DNA of 64,000 nt from a virus. The notes beneath the pieces were generated by a model. The model worked only from the letters and a program-made list of their open reading frames with translations. It was not told where the DNA came from and searched no databases. The position numbers and the translations under genes were made by a program. The stretch covers positions 1-64,000 of the IMG/VR virus record IMGVR_UViG_3300042290_000327, one strand, 5' to 3'. Shown here one piece after another: positions 1-9,026 of the stretch (positions are counted from its first letter, which is position 1; every line of letters begins with the position of its first letter).

Positions 1-72
1 CATCCGCACACGGTACAACTACGATACCGGTAAACAAAAAATAGTAGGAGACACACTTAAAGTTATAATAGA

Positions 73-315
73 ATGAGCAAAAAACAGCTGCTGACCGAAC
101 CGGTCCTCCCTAAGGAGAGAATCCTTAACCCTGAATTTGTATATACTACAAAGAGTTTAGAGAAGATGCCTGACCAGAAGTGGCACCAGATCATCTCTTT
201 CATCAAGTCCGGAGTTAGGATTGTAGGTTACGGAATCATTCCTTTCGATTTGGTAGCTGCGGCTATCGTTCTTATATTTAGTGAAGTGATCGGCATTATC
301 GAAGAACTGGTTTAA
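73..315 (+). CDS. hypothetical membrane protein
   Basis: ORF with hydrophobic C-terminal half, abutting queD. Confidence 0.6.
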   Translation: MSKKQLLTEPVLPKERILNPEFVYTTKSLEKMPDQKWHQIISFIKSGVRIVGYGIIPFDLVAAAIVLIFSEVIGIIEELV

Positions 316-325
316 AATTATTAAA

Positions 326-787
326 ATGAGTTATCAAGCAACTAAAGTATTTGACGGCTACTCGACGGTGTTCCGTCAATGGAAAGCTGAAGGGACTCAC
401 TGCCGATTCCTGCACGGGTACGGAGTAAGTCTGAAGGTATGGTTCGAAGGCGAACTAGACGAAAGGAACTGGGTATGGGATTTCGGAGGTATGAAACGTG
501 CTATAGGTAATATAGACGGAATGAATCCTAAGACATGGATGGATTATATGCTCGATCATACCACCATTATAGCTGAAGATGATCCTGAGCTTGAAAACTT
601 TAAAGCAATGCACGAAAGAGGACTTATTCAGTTGAGAGTCATCCCTGATACGGGAGCTGAACGCTTTGCAGAATACTTCCACGGGAAGTTAAACGATTTC
701 GTCCAGGCTGAGACCCAGCACCGGGTGAGAGTAGTACAGGTAGAGTTCCGGGAGCATGAGAAGAATACAGCAATTTACAAAGCATAA
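326..787 (+). CDS. queD: 6-carboxy-5,6,7,8-tetrahydropterin synthase
   Basis: CRFLHGY, DFGGMK, LDHT motifs; beside queE. Confidence 0.9.
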   Translation: MSYQATKVFDGYSTVFRQWKAEGTHCRFLHGYGVSLKVWFEGELDERNWVWDFGGMKRAIGNIDGMNPKTWMDYMLDHTTIIAEDDPELENFKAMHERGLIQLRVIPDTGAERFAEYFHGKLNDFVQAETQHRVRVVQVEFREHEKNTAIYKA

Positions 788-789
788 TT

Positions 790-1572
790 ATGGCACTAAA
801 AAGAGTTGAAGATTATAATAAGATTCTACCTATTGTAGAGCTTTATACCTGCATACAGTCTGAAGGTTCAAGGGCAGGTAGACCTACTGTCGCCGTTAGG
901 ACTACCGGCTGTACCCACCGCTGCTATTTCGGTGAAGGGGGCTGGTGCGATTCTTGGTATACAAGCATTCACCCTGAAAAAGGTAAATATACCTTCCAGG
1001 ATATTATCAATATTTACGATGCTAATCCTGAAATTAAGGAGATGATGCTTACTGGAGGTTCTCCTTCGATGCACCCTACCATTGTAAATGAACTTACTCA
1101 TTTTGCAAATGAAAGACAAATCATCATTACTATTGAAACTGAAGGAAGTCATTTCGTCGAAACAGATTACCCTCTTGGCCTTATTAGCTTCAGTCCTAAA
1201 TTTAGCAATAGCGTACCTGTTTTGGGGGCTACTACACCCTTAGGAAGTACTGTAGATCAAAAGTTTATTGATACCCATAATCGTTTACGTTTAAATAAAG
1301 ATTCTATTAAGCAATCAATGGCTTATCATTCTGATTACCATATGAAGGTAGTTGTTAATCCTGTTGAGCGTCCTGATGTTTGGACTGAGATTAGATCATT
1401 TATGGATGAGCTAGAGGTACCAAAAGACAAGATATGGATTATGCCCCCGGGTGATAATCGTGAAGAGCTAATCCGTGTTTATCCTATGGTAATTAATTGG
1501 TGTACTGAAAATATGTACAACTTCACAGGCCGGGAACATATCATTGCTTTTGATACTAAAAGAGAAGTCTAA
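790..1572 (+). CDS. queE: 7-carboxy-7-deazaguanine synthase (radical SAM)
   Basis: IQSEG..G.P.V.VRTTGC, LTGG.P, IETEG, SFSPK motifs; Cys motif CxxxC-x7-C. Confidence 0.9.
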   Translation: MALKRVEDYNKILPIVELYTCIQSEGSRAGRPTVAVRTTGCTHRCYFGEGGWCDSWYTSIHPEKGKYTFQDIINIYDANPEIKEMMLTGGSPSMHPTIVNELTHFANERQIIITIETEGSHFVETDYPLGLISFSPKFSNSVPVLGATTPLGSTVDQKFIDTHNRLRLNKDSIKQSMAYHSDYHMKVVVNPVERPDVWTEIRSFMDELEVPKDKIWIMPPGDNREELIRVYPMVINWCTENMYNFTGREHIIAFDTKREV

Positions 1573-1751
1573 TGCCCTACATAATTCTTAAACACACCAC
1601 CATCAACGGTAGTCCCAGGACTATCCTTGTGAATGATAGTGAAGGAATTTCTATGGAGTTTACGACTTTTGAAAGTGCTTCTAAGCTAGCAGAACTTTTC
1701 CAGGCCAACTCTACCTCCGGGAATATCTACGAAATAAAAGAGTTAAAATAA
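1572..1751 (+). CDS. small hypothetical protein (59 aa, not in ORF track)
   Basis: ATG overlaps queE stop (TAATG); MPYIILKHTT...KELK*. Confidence 0.6.
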   Translation: MPYIILKHTTINGSPRTILVNDSEGISMEFTTFESASKLAELFQANSTSGNIYEIKELK

Positions 1752-1927
1752 TGCCGCACAACTACCTTCAGGTACTTCATCAGTTATGGGCTCTTAAGGT
1801 TATAGAACCTTCCGGCATCATAGCCGCCATACACCCTTACGGATACAGGCTAAGCTACATCACCCTTGACGGATTAGGGGTAGAGAGTGAGAGTGAAAAG
1901 TTTCAATTCAAGCACGGAGTCCGATAA
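1751..1927 (+). CDS. small hypothetical protein (58 aa, not in ORF track)
   Basis: TAATG coupling; MPHNYLQV...HGVR*. Confidence 0.5.
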   Translation: MPHNYLQVLHQLWALKVIEPSGIIAAIHPYGYRLSYITLDGLGVESESEKFQFKHGVR

Positions 1928-1930
1928 AGC

Positions 1931-2119
1931 ATGAAACTCGGAGAGACAATAAACGTAGGAGATGATTGGTATAAAATTTTTAGAACAGTTAGAGAAGATC
2001 GCCAATGGGATGCTGAACTTCTTAAACAGTACTGGTTTTGTACACATACCTTCCGTAAGGATGGTGTGCTCTATTTTTGTAGGGAGATTGAAAAAGTTAA
2101 ATTTGAAGAAGTAATATGA
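1931..2119 (+). CDS. hypothetical protein
   Basis: ORF coupled (ATGA) to next gene. Confidence 0.6.
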   Translation: MKLGETINVGDDWYKIFRTVREDRQWDAELLKQYWFCTHTFRKDGVLYFCREIEKVKFEEVI

Positions 2120-2925
2120 ACTCAATTCCAGTTATAGGAACCCCAATTGTTAACGGCTTTGAATGGTTACAACGTCTAGTAGATAGTGTAGACTTTCCAG
2201 TTGATAAATTTGTTATTGTAGATAATAACGGTAGAGGAGAGCTTACAGAGCAGCTTCGCAAACTTGCAGAAACTCCACATAAATTTATTTCAAAAATTTA
2301 TTTAATTGAACTGCCAAGTAACTTAGGAGTAGCCGCTTCGTGGAACCTAATAATTAAAACTAATTTAACTGCACCTTACTGGCTTTTTGCAAGCCACGAT
2401 GTAGCTTTTACACCTGGCCTCCTAGAAGAAATCTGCACAGAAGCTCAAAATTCTGAAGTTGAAATGATACACGCTAATGCAGGTGAATTTGGCGACGGTG
2501 CATACGACCTATTCTTACTCAAGGATAAAGTAGTCCAGAAGTTAGGTATGTTTGATGAAAACTTTTATCCTGCTTACTGCGAGGATATAGACTATATAAT
2601 GAGAGTTACAAGATGGAATTGGAATAATCCTGAAAATAATATAAACAGATTAGCAGGACTAAAGAGTCCGTACTACCACGGACATGCAATATCTACCGAC
2701 CCTGACTACTACAGAGACGGAGCTCAGACAAAAAAACACTCCACAGAACTTAATACAAAATTAGACCAAATTAATGTGTTGAATTTTGAATATATGTACG
2801 AAAAATGGGGTCCAGGCTGGAGAATGACGAACCCGCAAGTGCACCCTTTTGGAAGGCACGGAACTCCTATCACTACAACAACCTTTAATCTAGAATTCGC
2901 AAGAAAAAAGCATTTAGGATTTTAA
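2116..2925 (+). CDS. glycosyltransferase family 2-like
   Basis: VIVDN, NLGVAASWN, GMFDENFYPAYCEDIDY motifs. Confidence 0.8.
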   Translation: MNSIPVIGTPIVNGFEWLQRLVDSVDFPVDKFVIVDNNGRGELTEQLRKLAETPHKFISKIYLIELPSNLGVAASWNLIIKTNLTAPYWLFASHDVAFTPGLLEEICTEAQNSEVEMIHANAGEFGDGAYDLFLLKDKVVQKLGMFDENFYPAYCEDIDYIMRVTRWNWNNPENNINRLAGLKSPYYHGHAISTDPDYYRDGAQTKKHSTELNTKLDQINVLNFEYMYEKWGPGWRMTNPQVHPFGRHGTPITTTTFNLEFARKKHLGF

Positions 2926-2927
2926 TT

Positions 2928-3602
2928 ATGAAACAGTATTTTGAACGTGACAGCGATACATCGTCTCAATGGGGGATAGTATCTGGGAATATCGGAACTA
3001 GATCAGAGCATGATAAGCCTCGGTTCTGGGTAGTAGATGATTTTTATGAGAATCCTGATGCGATGCGAGAATATGCACTATCTCAAACCTTTTTTGAAGG
3101 AGAAGGCGCAGTAGGTTGGAGGACTCGCAAACAGTTTCTTTTTGACGGACTTAAGGAAAGCTTTGAGGATATCATGGGTAAGAAGATCTTAGACCATACA
3201 CCTGAAGGTACCGGCTGGTACGATGTAGGTATTAATGGGCGATTCCAAGCTTGTGAAGCAGGTACTAAGATGGTATACCATTGTGACAAACAATCTTGGG
3301 CTGCTGTGCTTTACCTAACTCCCGATGCACCTCCTCAGAGCGGCACTAGCTTTTACAGACATAAAGAAACTAAAGTAAGACATGCCAGCGAGATAGCTTG
3401 GGGGACTGGGGATGAACTGCGGACATTTAATCAAAAAACTTTTGTTGATCCTACACCTTTTGAGAGAGTAGATACGGTAGGAAATGTCTATAATAGGCTG
3501 GTAATCTTCGACGGTCAATTAATACATTCCGGTAATGACTATTTCGGATGGGATATAGCATCAAGCAGATTTTTTCAGATCTTTTTTTTCGACGTCGAAT
3601 AG
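2928..3602 (+). CDS. 2OG-Fe(II) oxygenase-like protein
   Basis: VVDDFY.NPD, HCD...WAAVLYL, NRLVIFDG..IHS, RFFQ motifs. Confidence 0.75.
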   Translation: MKQYFERDSDTSSQWGIVSGNIGTRSEHDKPRFWVVDDFYENPDAMREYALSQTFFEGEGAVGWRTRKQFLFDGLKESFEDIMGKKILDHTPEGTGWYDVGINGRFQACEAGTKMVYHCDKQSWAAVLYLTPDAPPQSGTSFYRHKETKVRHASEIAWGTGDELRTFNQKTFVDPTPFERVDTVGNVYNRLVIFDGQLIHSGNDYFGWDIASSRFFQIFFFDVE

Positions 3603-3681
3603 TATTTTATATGAGTTCAATGAAACGTCTCCTTAACCAGTTAGCTAAAGCTTTTTTTAAATTTATACAACACCACTAACA

Positions 3682-4275
3682 ATGAAAAACCTACTGTTCT
3701 TACTTTTGCTTCCCGTCCCCCTTCTTGCACAGCTCCGGGATAGCGTCTACTTCAACAACACCCATTTCACTGTAAACTACTCCGAGATTCTGGAAGGACC
3801 AAGATCCATTCGATATACGGTACTATGTCCAACCGGGACAGCTTCAAGATCGGGTATGGAGTTCTACAAAGAAAAAAAGATTCACACTTCAGATCACAAA
3901 GATTATGAAGCAAATGAATGGGATAAAGGACATATGGCTCCTGCTGCATCATTTAACTGCAACCGGGATATGTTATTCTCTACCTTTACTTACGTAAACT
4001 CTAGCTTGCAGCACCAGAGCCTTAATAGAGGAGTTTGGAAGAAACTCGAGGTCCGAGAAAGAGAATTAGCTACAAAAGGAAGTTTAAAGGTCTTTATTAG
4101 AATAGAGTACCCGACTGAACCCGTCAGAGTTACTACCGGTGCTGCTATACCTTTAGGGTACTACAAAGAAATAAAAGTTGGAAATAATAGAGAATGTTAC
4201 TATTTTAAGAACGTGCAACCGAACACATCAGATCTTCAGACTTATAAATGCCCATGCAGAAATGCTATTAAATAA
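3682..4275 (+). CDS. secreted DNA/RNA non-specific endonuclease (NucA-like)
   Basis: signal peptide; DKGHMAPA and LNRGVWKKLE motifs. Confidence 0.85.
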   Translation: MKNLLFLLLLPVPLLAQLRDSVYFNNTHFTVNYSEILEGPRSIRYTVLCPTGTASRSGMEFYKEKKIHTSDHKDYEANEWDKGHMAPAASFNCNRDMLFSTFTYVNSSLQHQSLNRGVWKKLEVRERELATKGSLKVFIRIEYPTEPVRVTTGAAIPLGYYKEIKVGNNRECYYFKNVQPNTSDLQTYKCPCRNAIK

Positions 4276-4781
4276 TGCGTAACCTTTTTACACCTCAGGA
4301 AATAGATCTTAAGATTAAGATAATTGCTAAAAAGATTTCCGCGGAACACCAGGGAGATAAAACTCCCGTAGTCATGGTAGGGCTTCTCAATGGAGCGTTT
4401 ATGTTCTACTCAGACTTAGTACGTAATCTGTCAATTGACGTAGAGTGTGATTTTATAAGAGTCAAAAGCTATACAGCCCAGTTTAAGCAAGGTGATATCA
4501 AAATTCTTAAAGACCTTGAGACTCCTATCAAAGGTAAACACGTATACTTGGTAGATGATATCTACGATACAGGCTCTACCATGAAAGCACTAATTGAGTA
4601 CCTGGAGGTTAAGAAGCCTGCCTCTATCTCGATTATAACTCTCCTTGTAAGAGAAACCTCTCCAGCCCCTCAACAGACCTGCTACCATGCCTTGTCTATC
4701 AAGGATGAATGGGTGGTGGGTTACGGGATGGATGACGAAAACGGTTATTCAAGAAATTTAGATGGAGTGTTTGCACTCTGA
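4275..4781 (+). CDS. hpt: hypoxanthine/guanine phosphoribosyltransferase
   Basis: GLLNGAFMF..DL, LVDDIYDTGST PRPP loop, VVGYGMD. Confidence 0.9.
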   Translation: MRNLFTPQEIDLKIKIIAKKISAEHQGDKTPVVMVGLLNGAFMFYSDLVRNLSIDVECDFIRVKSYTAQFKQGDIKILKDLETPIKGKHVYLVDDIYDTGSTMKALIEYLEVKKPASISIITLLVRETSPAPQQTCYHALSIKDEWVVGYGMDDENGYSRNLDGVFAL

Positions 4782-4840
4782 GATAAGTTTCGTATATTAT
4801 ACAACGGTGTCGTAGCACCACCTTAAAAACACTAATTAAT

Positions 4841-5551
4841 ATGGCAGATAAAAAGCATTATGATGTTGAACTAGCTAAAGCCGGGTTCGCTAACGGCATC
4901 TCTACCCAGCTCGCTGATAAGTTCAAGAAGCATAAGATGATCGATATTCATCTTTCCGAGCAGGAAAAACTTAGCATCATCCAAGACGCTGCGCAGGCGT
5001 TTGGAAAGTTCCTAGATGCGCTGGGTGTTGACTGGAAGAACGATCCTAACTCCTCCGACACCCCTAACCGAGTTGCTAAGGCTTACGTAAACGATTTATG
5101 GGCCGGACGATTCAATCCTATGCCCGCTATCACGGCATTCCCTGCCGACGACTACGACGGGATAGTCTTTGAAGGTAATATCCCTTTAACCTCTATGTGC
5201 TCCCACCATCATCAAGCCATTCAAGGCCGGGTTCATATCGCTTATATCCCAGGTCCGGGCGGCAAAGTGATCGGGCTATCTAAACTAAACCGAGTAGTAG
5301 AGCATTTCGGTCGCCGAGGAGCAATCCAAGAACAGCTCACGGTCGCCATCCATAACGCAGTCAATACCGTTTGCGAGGATAACATCGGTGTAGCTGTTAT
5401 GATTGAAGCTACTCACAACTGTGTTTCCTGCAGAGGAACAAAACACGCAGGAGCCTCTATGAAAACTTCTAAGTTATCAGGAAGCTTCTTAAACGAAGAC
5501 TCAGCCCGTGCTGAATTTTATGAGTTTGTAAAAGGATACTCATGCAAGTAG
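4841..5551 (+). CDS. folE: GTP cyclohydrolase I
   Basis: DTPNRVAK, SMCSHH, GLSKLNR, IQEQLT, HNCVSCRG. Confidence 0.95.
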   Translation: MADKKHYDVELAKAGFANGISTQLADKFKKHKMIDIHLSEQEKLSIIQDAAQAFGKFLDALGVDWKNDPNSSDTPNRVAKAYVNDLWAGRFNPMPAITAFPADDYDGIVFEGNIPLTSMCSHHHQAIQGRVHIAYIPGPGGKVIGLSKLNRVVEHFGRRGAIQEQLTVAIHNAVNTVCEDNIGVAVMIEATHNCVSCRGTKHAGASMKTSKLSGSFLNEDSARAEFYEFVKGYSCK

Positions 5552-6045
5552 AAAAAGTAAAATTTGTTGACGAGGTAGAGCTTTTTAATTCTACCTTTGG
5601 AAAACCTAACAACTACACCCCTATCGTCCCTAATGATAAAAAGCTTACTGACTTTGTAGTTAGCTTTATTAGGGAGGAGACTGATGAGTTGGAGCAGGCT
5701 ATTAAGGATAAAGATATCGTTGAGGTACTGGATGCTATTTGTGATCTTCTGTATGTTGCAGTTGGCAACGCAACTATGGTCTTTGGTCTCAAGGATAAAC
5801 TAGTCCCAGCTTATGCAGAGGTCCAGGCCTCGAATATGTCTAAGAGCTGTGCTACTGAAGAAGAAGCAAAAGCTACAGTAGAGGAAAGATCTAAAGAGCA
5901 TGGAGAGTGTTACTACCGTCAGGTAGGAGACCGATATGTTGTCTACCGAAAGTCCGACGATAAGGTTATGAAGTCTATTAACTACTTCGCCCCTAATCTC
6001 GAGCAATTCTTCACTGAAAAAGAAATTAAAAAAGCCAAGCAATGA
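5542..6045 (+). CDS. MazG-like/PRA-PH nucleotide pyrophosphohydrolase
   Basis: EETDEL, EVLDAICDLLYV, EVQASNMSK. Confidence 0.8.
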   Translation: MQVEKVKFVDEVELFNSTFGKPNNYTPIVPNDKKLTDFVVSFIREETDELEQAIKDKDIVEVLDAICDLLYVAVGNATMVFGLKDKLVPAYAEVQASNMSKSCATEEEAKATVEERSKEHGECYYRQVGDRYVVYRKSDDKVMKSINYFAPNLEQFFTEKEIKKAKQ

Positions 6046-6230
6046 CACCCCAGGAATTAATCGATCAAAATAAAACTTTCTCAGAAGAGTTGCAGCAATG
6101 GATTGTACCTCTTATCTTTGTAGACGAAGCTCTTAGGATGAAAACTGCTCAGGAGGTCGACCAGAGTATTAAACAGCTTGAAGAAGTAATGCAAGAATTA
6201 AATTCAGTAATTAATAAGATAAATGATTAA
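6042..6230 (+). CDS. hypothetical protein
   Basis: coupled ORF, coiled-coil-like. Confidence 0.55.
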   Translation: MTPQELIDQNKTFSEELQQWIVPLIFVDEALRMKTAQEVDQSIKQLEEVMQELNSVINKIND

Positions 6231-7053
6231 GATAGCTCATGAAGCTCCAAAAGCCATCTTCGGTAAGATGCAAGAACTTACTGATTACGATTATGCTTTA
6301 GTGCATCTCTTTGAAGAAGATCCTGAATACCTTCAGCAGTTCAAAGACGCTTTAGCAGCAGGCAGGGAGGTTATCTTAGATAATTCTATCTTTGAACTTG
6401 AAGAAGCTTTTGATGCCGAGCGTTTTACTTACTGGATCAACGAACTTAAGCCGACCTGGTATATTGTTCCTGACGCATTAGAGAACGTAAAGAAGACTAT
6501 GTCTAATATGGCAGAGTGGAATGTTAGGTATGCTCACAAAGTACCCGCTGAATGTAAGAAGATTGGGGTTGTGCAGGGTAAGACTTATACCGAGCTCGCT
6601 AACTGCTACGATCACATGATCAATTCAGCTCAAGTTGATATGGTTGCTATCTCTTTTGACTACAGCTACTACGAGGAAAAGTTTCCTCACCCTAATAAGT
6701 ACGTCAGCTGGATGCTGGGTAGGGTTCAGCTGCTAGGTCGAATGCTTAAAGACGGAGTAATTAATACTGATATGCCTCACCACCTTCTAGGTTGCGGACT
6801 ACCTCAAGAGTTTCAATTTTACCGCGAAGCTAACTACGATTGGATTTACTCCTTAGATACTTCCAACCCAGTAGTCCACGGCCTGAAGGAGGTCTACTAC
6901 AAGGATCAAGGGCTATGGAATAAAGAATCTCAGAAACTCTTTACCATGATTAACTCTGAAGTAACTTCTACTCAGATGGAGGTCATTCGTCATAATGTCT
7001 CACGTTTTAGATGGTTTGCAAATGGAAACGCGCAAGTGGGTAGCATTCTTTAG
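6223..7053 (+). CDS. TGT-fold deazaguanine transglycosylase-like protein (DpdA-like)
   Basis: ILDNS, VPD, GVVQG, HHLLG, SLDTS TGT-barrel motifs inside que cluster. Confidence 0.7.
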   Translation: MIKIAHEAPKAIFGKMQELTDYDYALVHLFEEDPEYLQQFKDALAAGREVILDNSIFELEEAFDAERFTYWINELKPTWYIVPDALENVKKTMSNMAEWNVRYAHKVPAECKKIGVVQGKTYTELANCYDHMINSAQVDMVAISFDYSYYEEKFPHPNKYVSWMLGRVQLLGRMLKDGVINTDMPHHLLGCGLPQEFQFYREANYDWIYSLDTSNPVVHGLKEVYYKDQGLWNKESQKLFTMINSEVTSTQMEVIRHNVSRFRWFANGNAQVGSIL

Positions 7054-7558
7054 TCAGACTGGTTCCGAGATCGTTCAGATCTCAGAAGCTTTAGGAAGGT
7101 GGCCGGATATGATTATTAGTAATCGCCGGCCTGAGTCTGCTAGGATTATTAATTCCGGGATACCTGAAGATAAGATTTACTATACCTCCAATAGTCCAGA
7201 GGGGTATGAGTATTTTCATTATCTCTGTCAGGTAGAAGATCCGATAGTTACTCTTCACGGATGGCTGAGAGTAGTACCAGAGGAAATTTGTACTAATTAC
7301 GAGATGTATAACGGACATCCAGGGCTTATAACCAAGTACCCTGAACTCAAAGGTAAAGATCCTCAGATCCGAGCCTTCGAAGGAAATTACAATACAGGAG
7401 GTTGCGTTATTCATAAAGTAACTCCTGGGGTAGACGAAGGAGAGATTCTTATGGAAAGAGAAGTAGGAATCAGGCTGTTGGATCATGAGGGTTTATTTCG
7501 TATCTTGCATAAGACTTCGGTAGATATGTGGGTAGAATTCCTTAAAGAAAGGTTATGA
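7022..7558 (+). CDS. PurN-like formyltransferase (DpdN-like)
   Basis: FFSQTGS, NGHPGL, GCVIHKVT.GVDEG motifs; ATG 7022 preferred start. Confidence 0.75.
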   Translation: METRKWVAFFSQTGSEIVQISEALGRWPDMIISNRRPESARIINSGIPEDKIYYTSNSPEGYEYFHYLCQVEDPIVTLHGWLRVVPEEICTNYEMYNGHPGLITKYPELKGKDPQIRAFEGNYNTGGCVIHKVTPGVDEGEILMEREVGIRLLDHEGLFRILHKTSVDMWVEFLKERL

Positions 7559-8073
7559 TTAAGAGATTGGCATTAGTAGGGGCTAGCAGTACTGGTAAAA
7601 CGACTGTGTATGAGCTGCTTAAGAATCAGCTCCCTAAGTGGGAGTTTGTAAATGAGAGTACTAGGACGGTAGCTCGGTATGGCTTCCCTATCAACGAACT
7701 CGGTACTACCGAAACTCAGTTAGCTATCTCAAGCTTTCATCTAGAGGCATTACTCAAGCCTTATAACCTAATCTTAGATCGCTGCTACTTAGACTTAGTA
7801 GTTTACTCCCGTCATATGCCCGGACTCTCCCAGTCCGGCCTAGAGTACATAGAAGATACTTGGAAGAGAGTCCAGGATGAATATACTCACTATATTTATT
7901 TCCCTATCGAGTTCCAGGCGATCGATGACGGAGAAAGAAGTGTTGATGAAGATTGGAGAAAGATCATCGATCAAGAATTTAAATACCAGTTGGATCAGAC
8001 TGACAGGCATTACCTGGCTGTGACCGGCTCACCTATGCAGAGAATAAATCAAATCCTTAAATACATTAAATAA
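7555..8073 (+). CDS. P-loop nucleotide kinase (NadR/AAA_28-like)
   Basis: GASSTGKTT Walker A, ILDRCYLD, DDGER. Confidence 0.75.
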   Translation: MIKRLALVGASSTGKTTVYELLKNQLPKWEFVNESTRTVARYGFPINELGTTETQLAISSFHLEALLKPYNLILDRCYLDLVVYSRHMPGLSQSGLEYIEDTWKRVQDEYTHYIYFPIEFQAIDDGERSVDEDWRKIIDQEFKYQLDQTDRHYLAVTGSPMQRINQILKYIK

Positions 8074-8987
8074 TGGACCATAACAAGAACCAAAGTGCAG
8101 TTGTAGAGATTGCAAGCAAACACCTCGGCCAGGTAGGAGGTGCCGGGTACTCCGATCAGTACGATCCTTCGTTGCTGGTTGCGATCCCGCGTTACCTAAA
8201 CCGAGAGGCTTACGGCATCAAAGAAGAGAGCCTACCTTTTATAGGAGTGGATGTCTGGAATGCTTACGAAGTCTCGGCGATCACTAAGAAAGGATTACCG
8301 GTAGCAGGGATGCTTAAGATTGTATGTCCTGCTGACTCACCTTTCCACGTAGAGTCAAAGTCAATTAAACTTTATCTGAACTCTTTTAACATGACTGCTT
8401 TCGGCGAGACTGCTAGAGAGTGTATCGAGTTTATCGAAAGTCAGGTCTCTAAAGATCTTACCGACCTCCTGCAAGGAGAGGTGACCTGTAAGTTCTTCAC
8501 CAGCAACGATATTCACGAGTATCAGTTTGTAGAGTTTACTCCCCTCGGTGCTTTGGTTGATCTGGATGCAGTAGAGTTTACTTCCTTCCATTCTGATGCT
8601 ACCCAGCTTAAGATCTGGCACACAAAAGAGGATGTAGTAGTTAAGAAGATTGAATCTGATCTACTAAGATCTAATTGCCGGGTGACCAATCAGCCGGATT
8701 GGGGTGATGTTTATATTCATATGATTGGTAAGAACGTTCCTGATGAGGCATCACTGGCCCAATACATAGTCTCTCACCGCCAGGTATCCCACTTCCACGA
8801 AGAGATTTGTGAGATGATCTTTACCCACCTTACTGAGGCTTATCAGCCTGAAGGTTTGATGGTAGCATGTCTTTACACCCGAAGAGGAGGATTGGATATT
8901 AATCCTATCCGATCAACGCACGCTAATCTGATCCCGGGCTGGTACAAAGATCCTACCAAGCGGATGAAGAAAACTTTACGTCAATAA
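8073..8987 (+). CDS. queF: preQ0 reductase, bimodular
   Basis: YDPSLL..IPR, DVWNAYE, VESKSIKLYLNS, LLRSNCRVTNQPDWG, FHEE, YTRRGGLDINP. Confidence 0.92.
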   Translation: MDHNKNQSAVVEIASKHLGQVGGAGYSDQYDPSLLVAIPRYLNREAYGIKEESLPFIGVDVWNAYEVSAITKKGLPVAGMLKIVCPADSPFHVESKSIKLYLNSFNMTAFGETARECIEFIESQVSKDLTDLLQGEVTCKFFTSNDIHEYQFVEFTPLGALVDLDAVEFTSFHSDATQLKIWHTKEDVVVKKIESDLLRSNCRVTNQPDWGDVYIHMIGKNVPDEASLAQYIVSHRQVSHFHEEICEMIFTHLTEAYQPEGLMVACLYTRRGGLDINPIRSTHANLIPGWYKDPTKRMKKTLRQ

Positions 8988-8992
8988 GAGTT

Positions 8993-9014
8993 GGCTCCTT
9001 CGGGAGCCTTTCTT
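8993..9014 (+). terminator. hairpin terminator overlapping polA promoter
   Basis: GGCTCC-TTCG-GGAGCC then TTTCTT. Confidence 0.55.
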
Positions 9015-9026
9015 ATCTTTAGCTAT

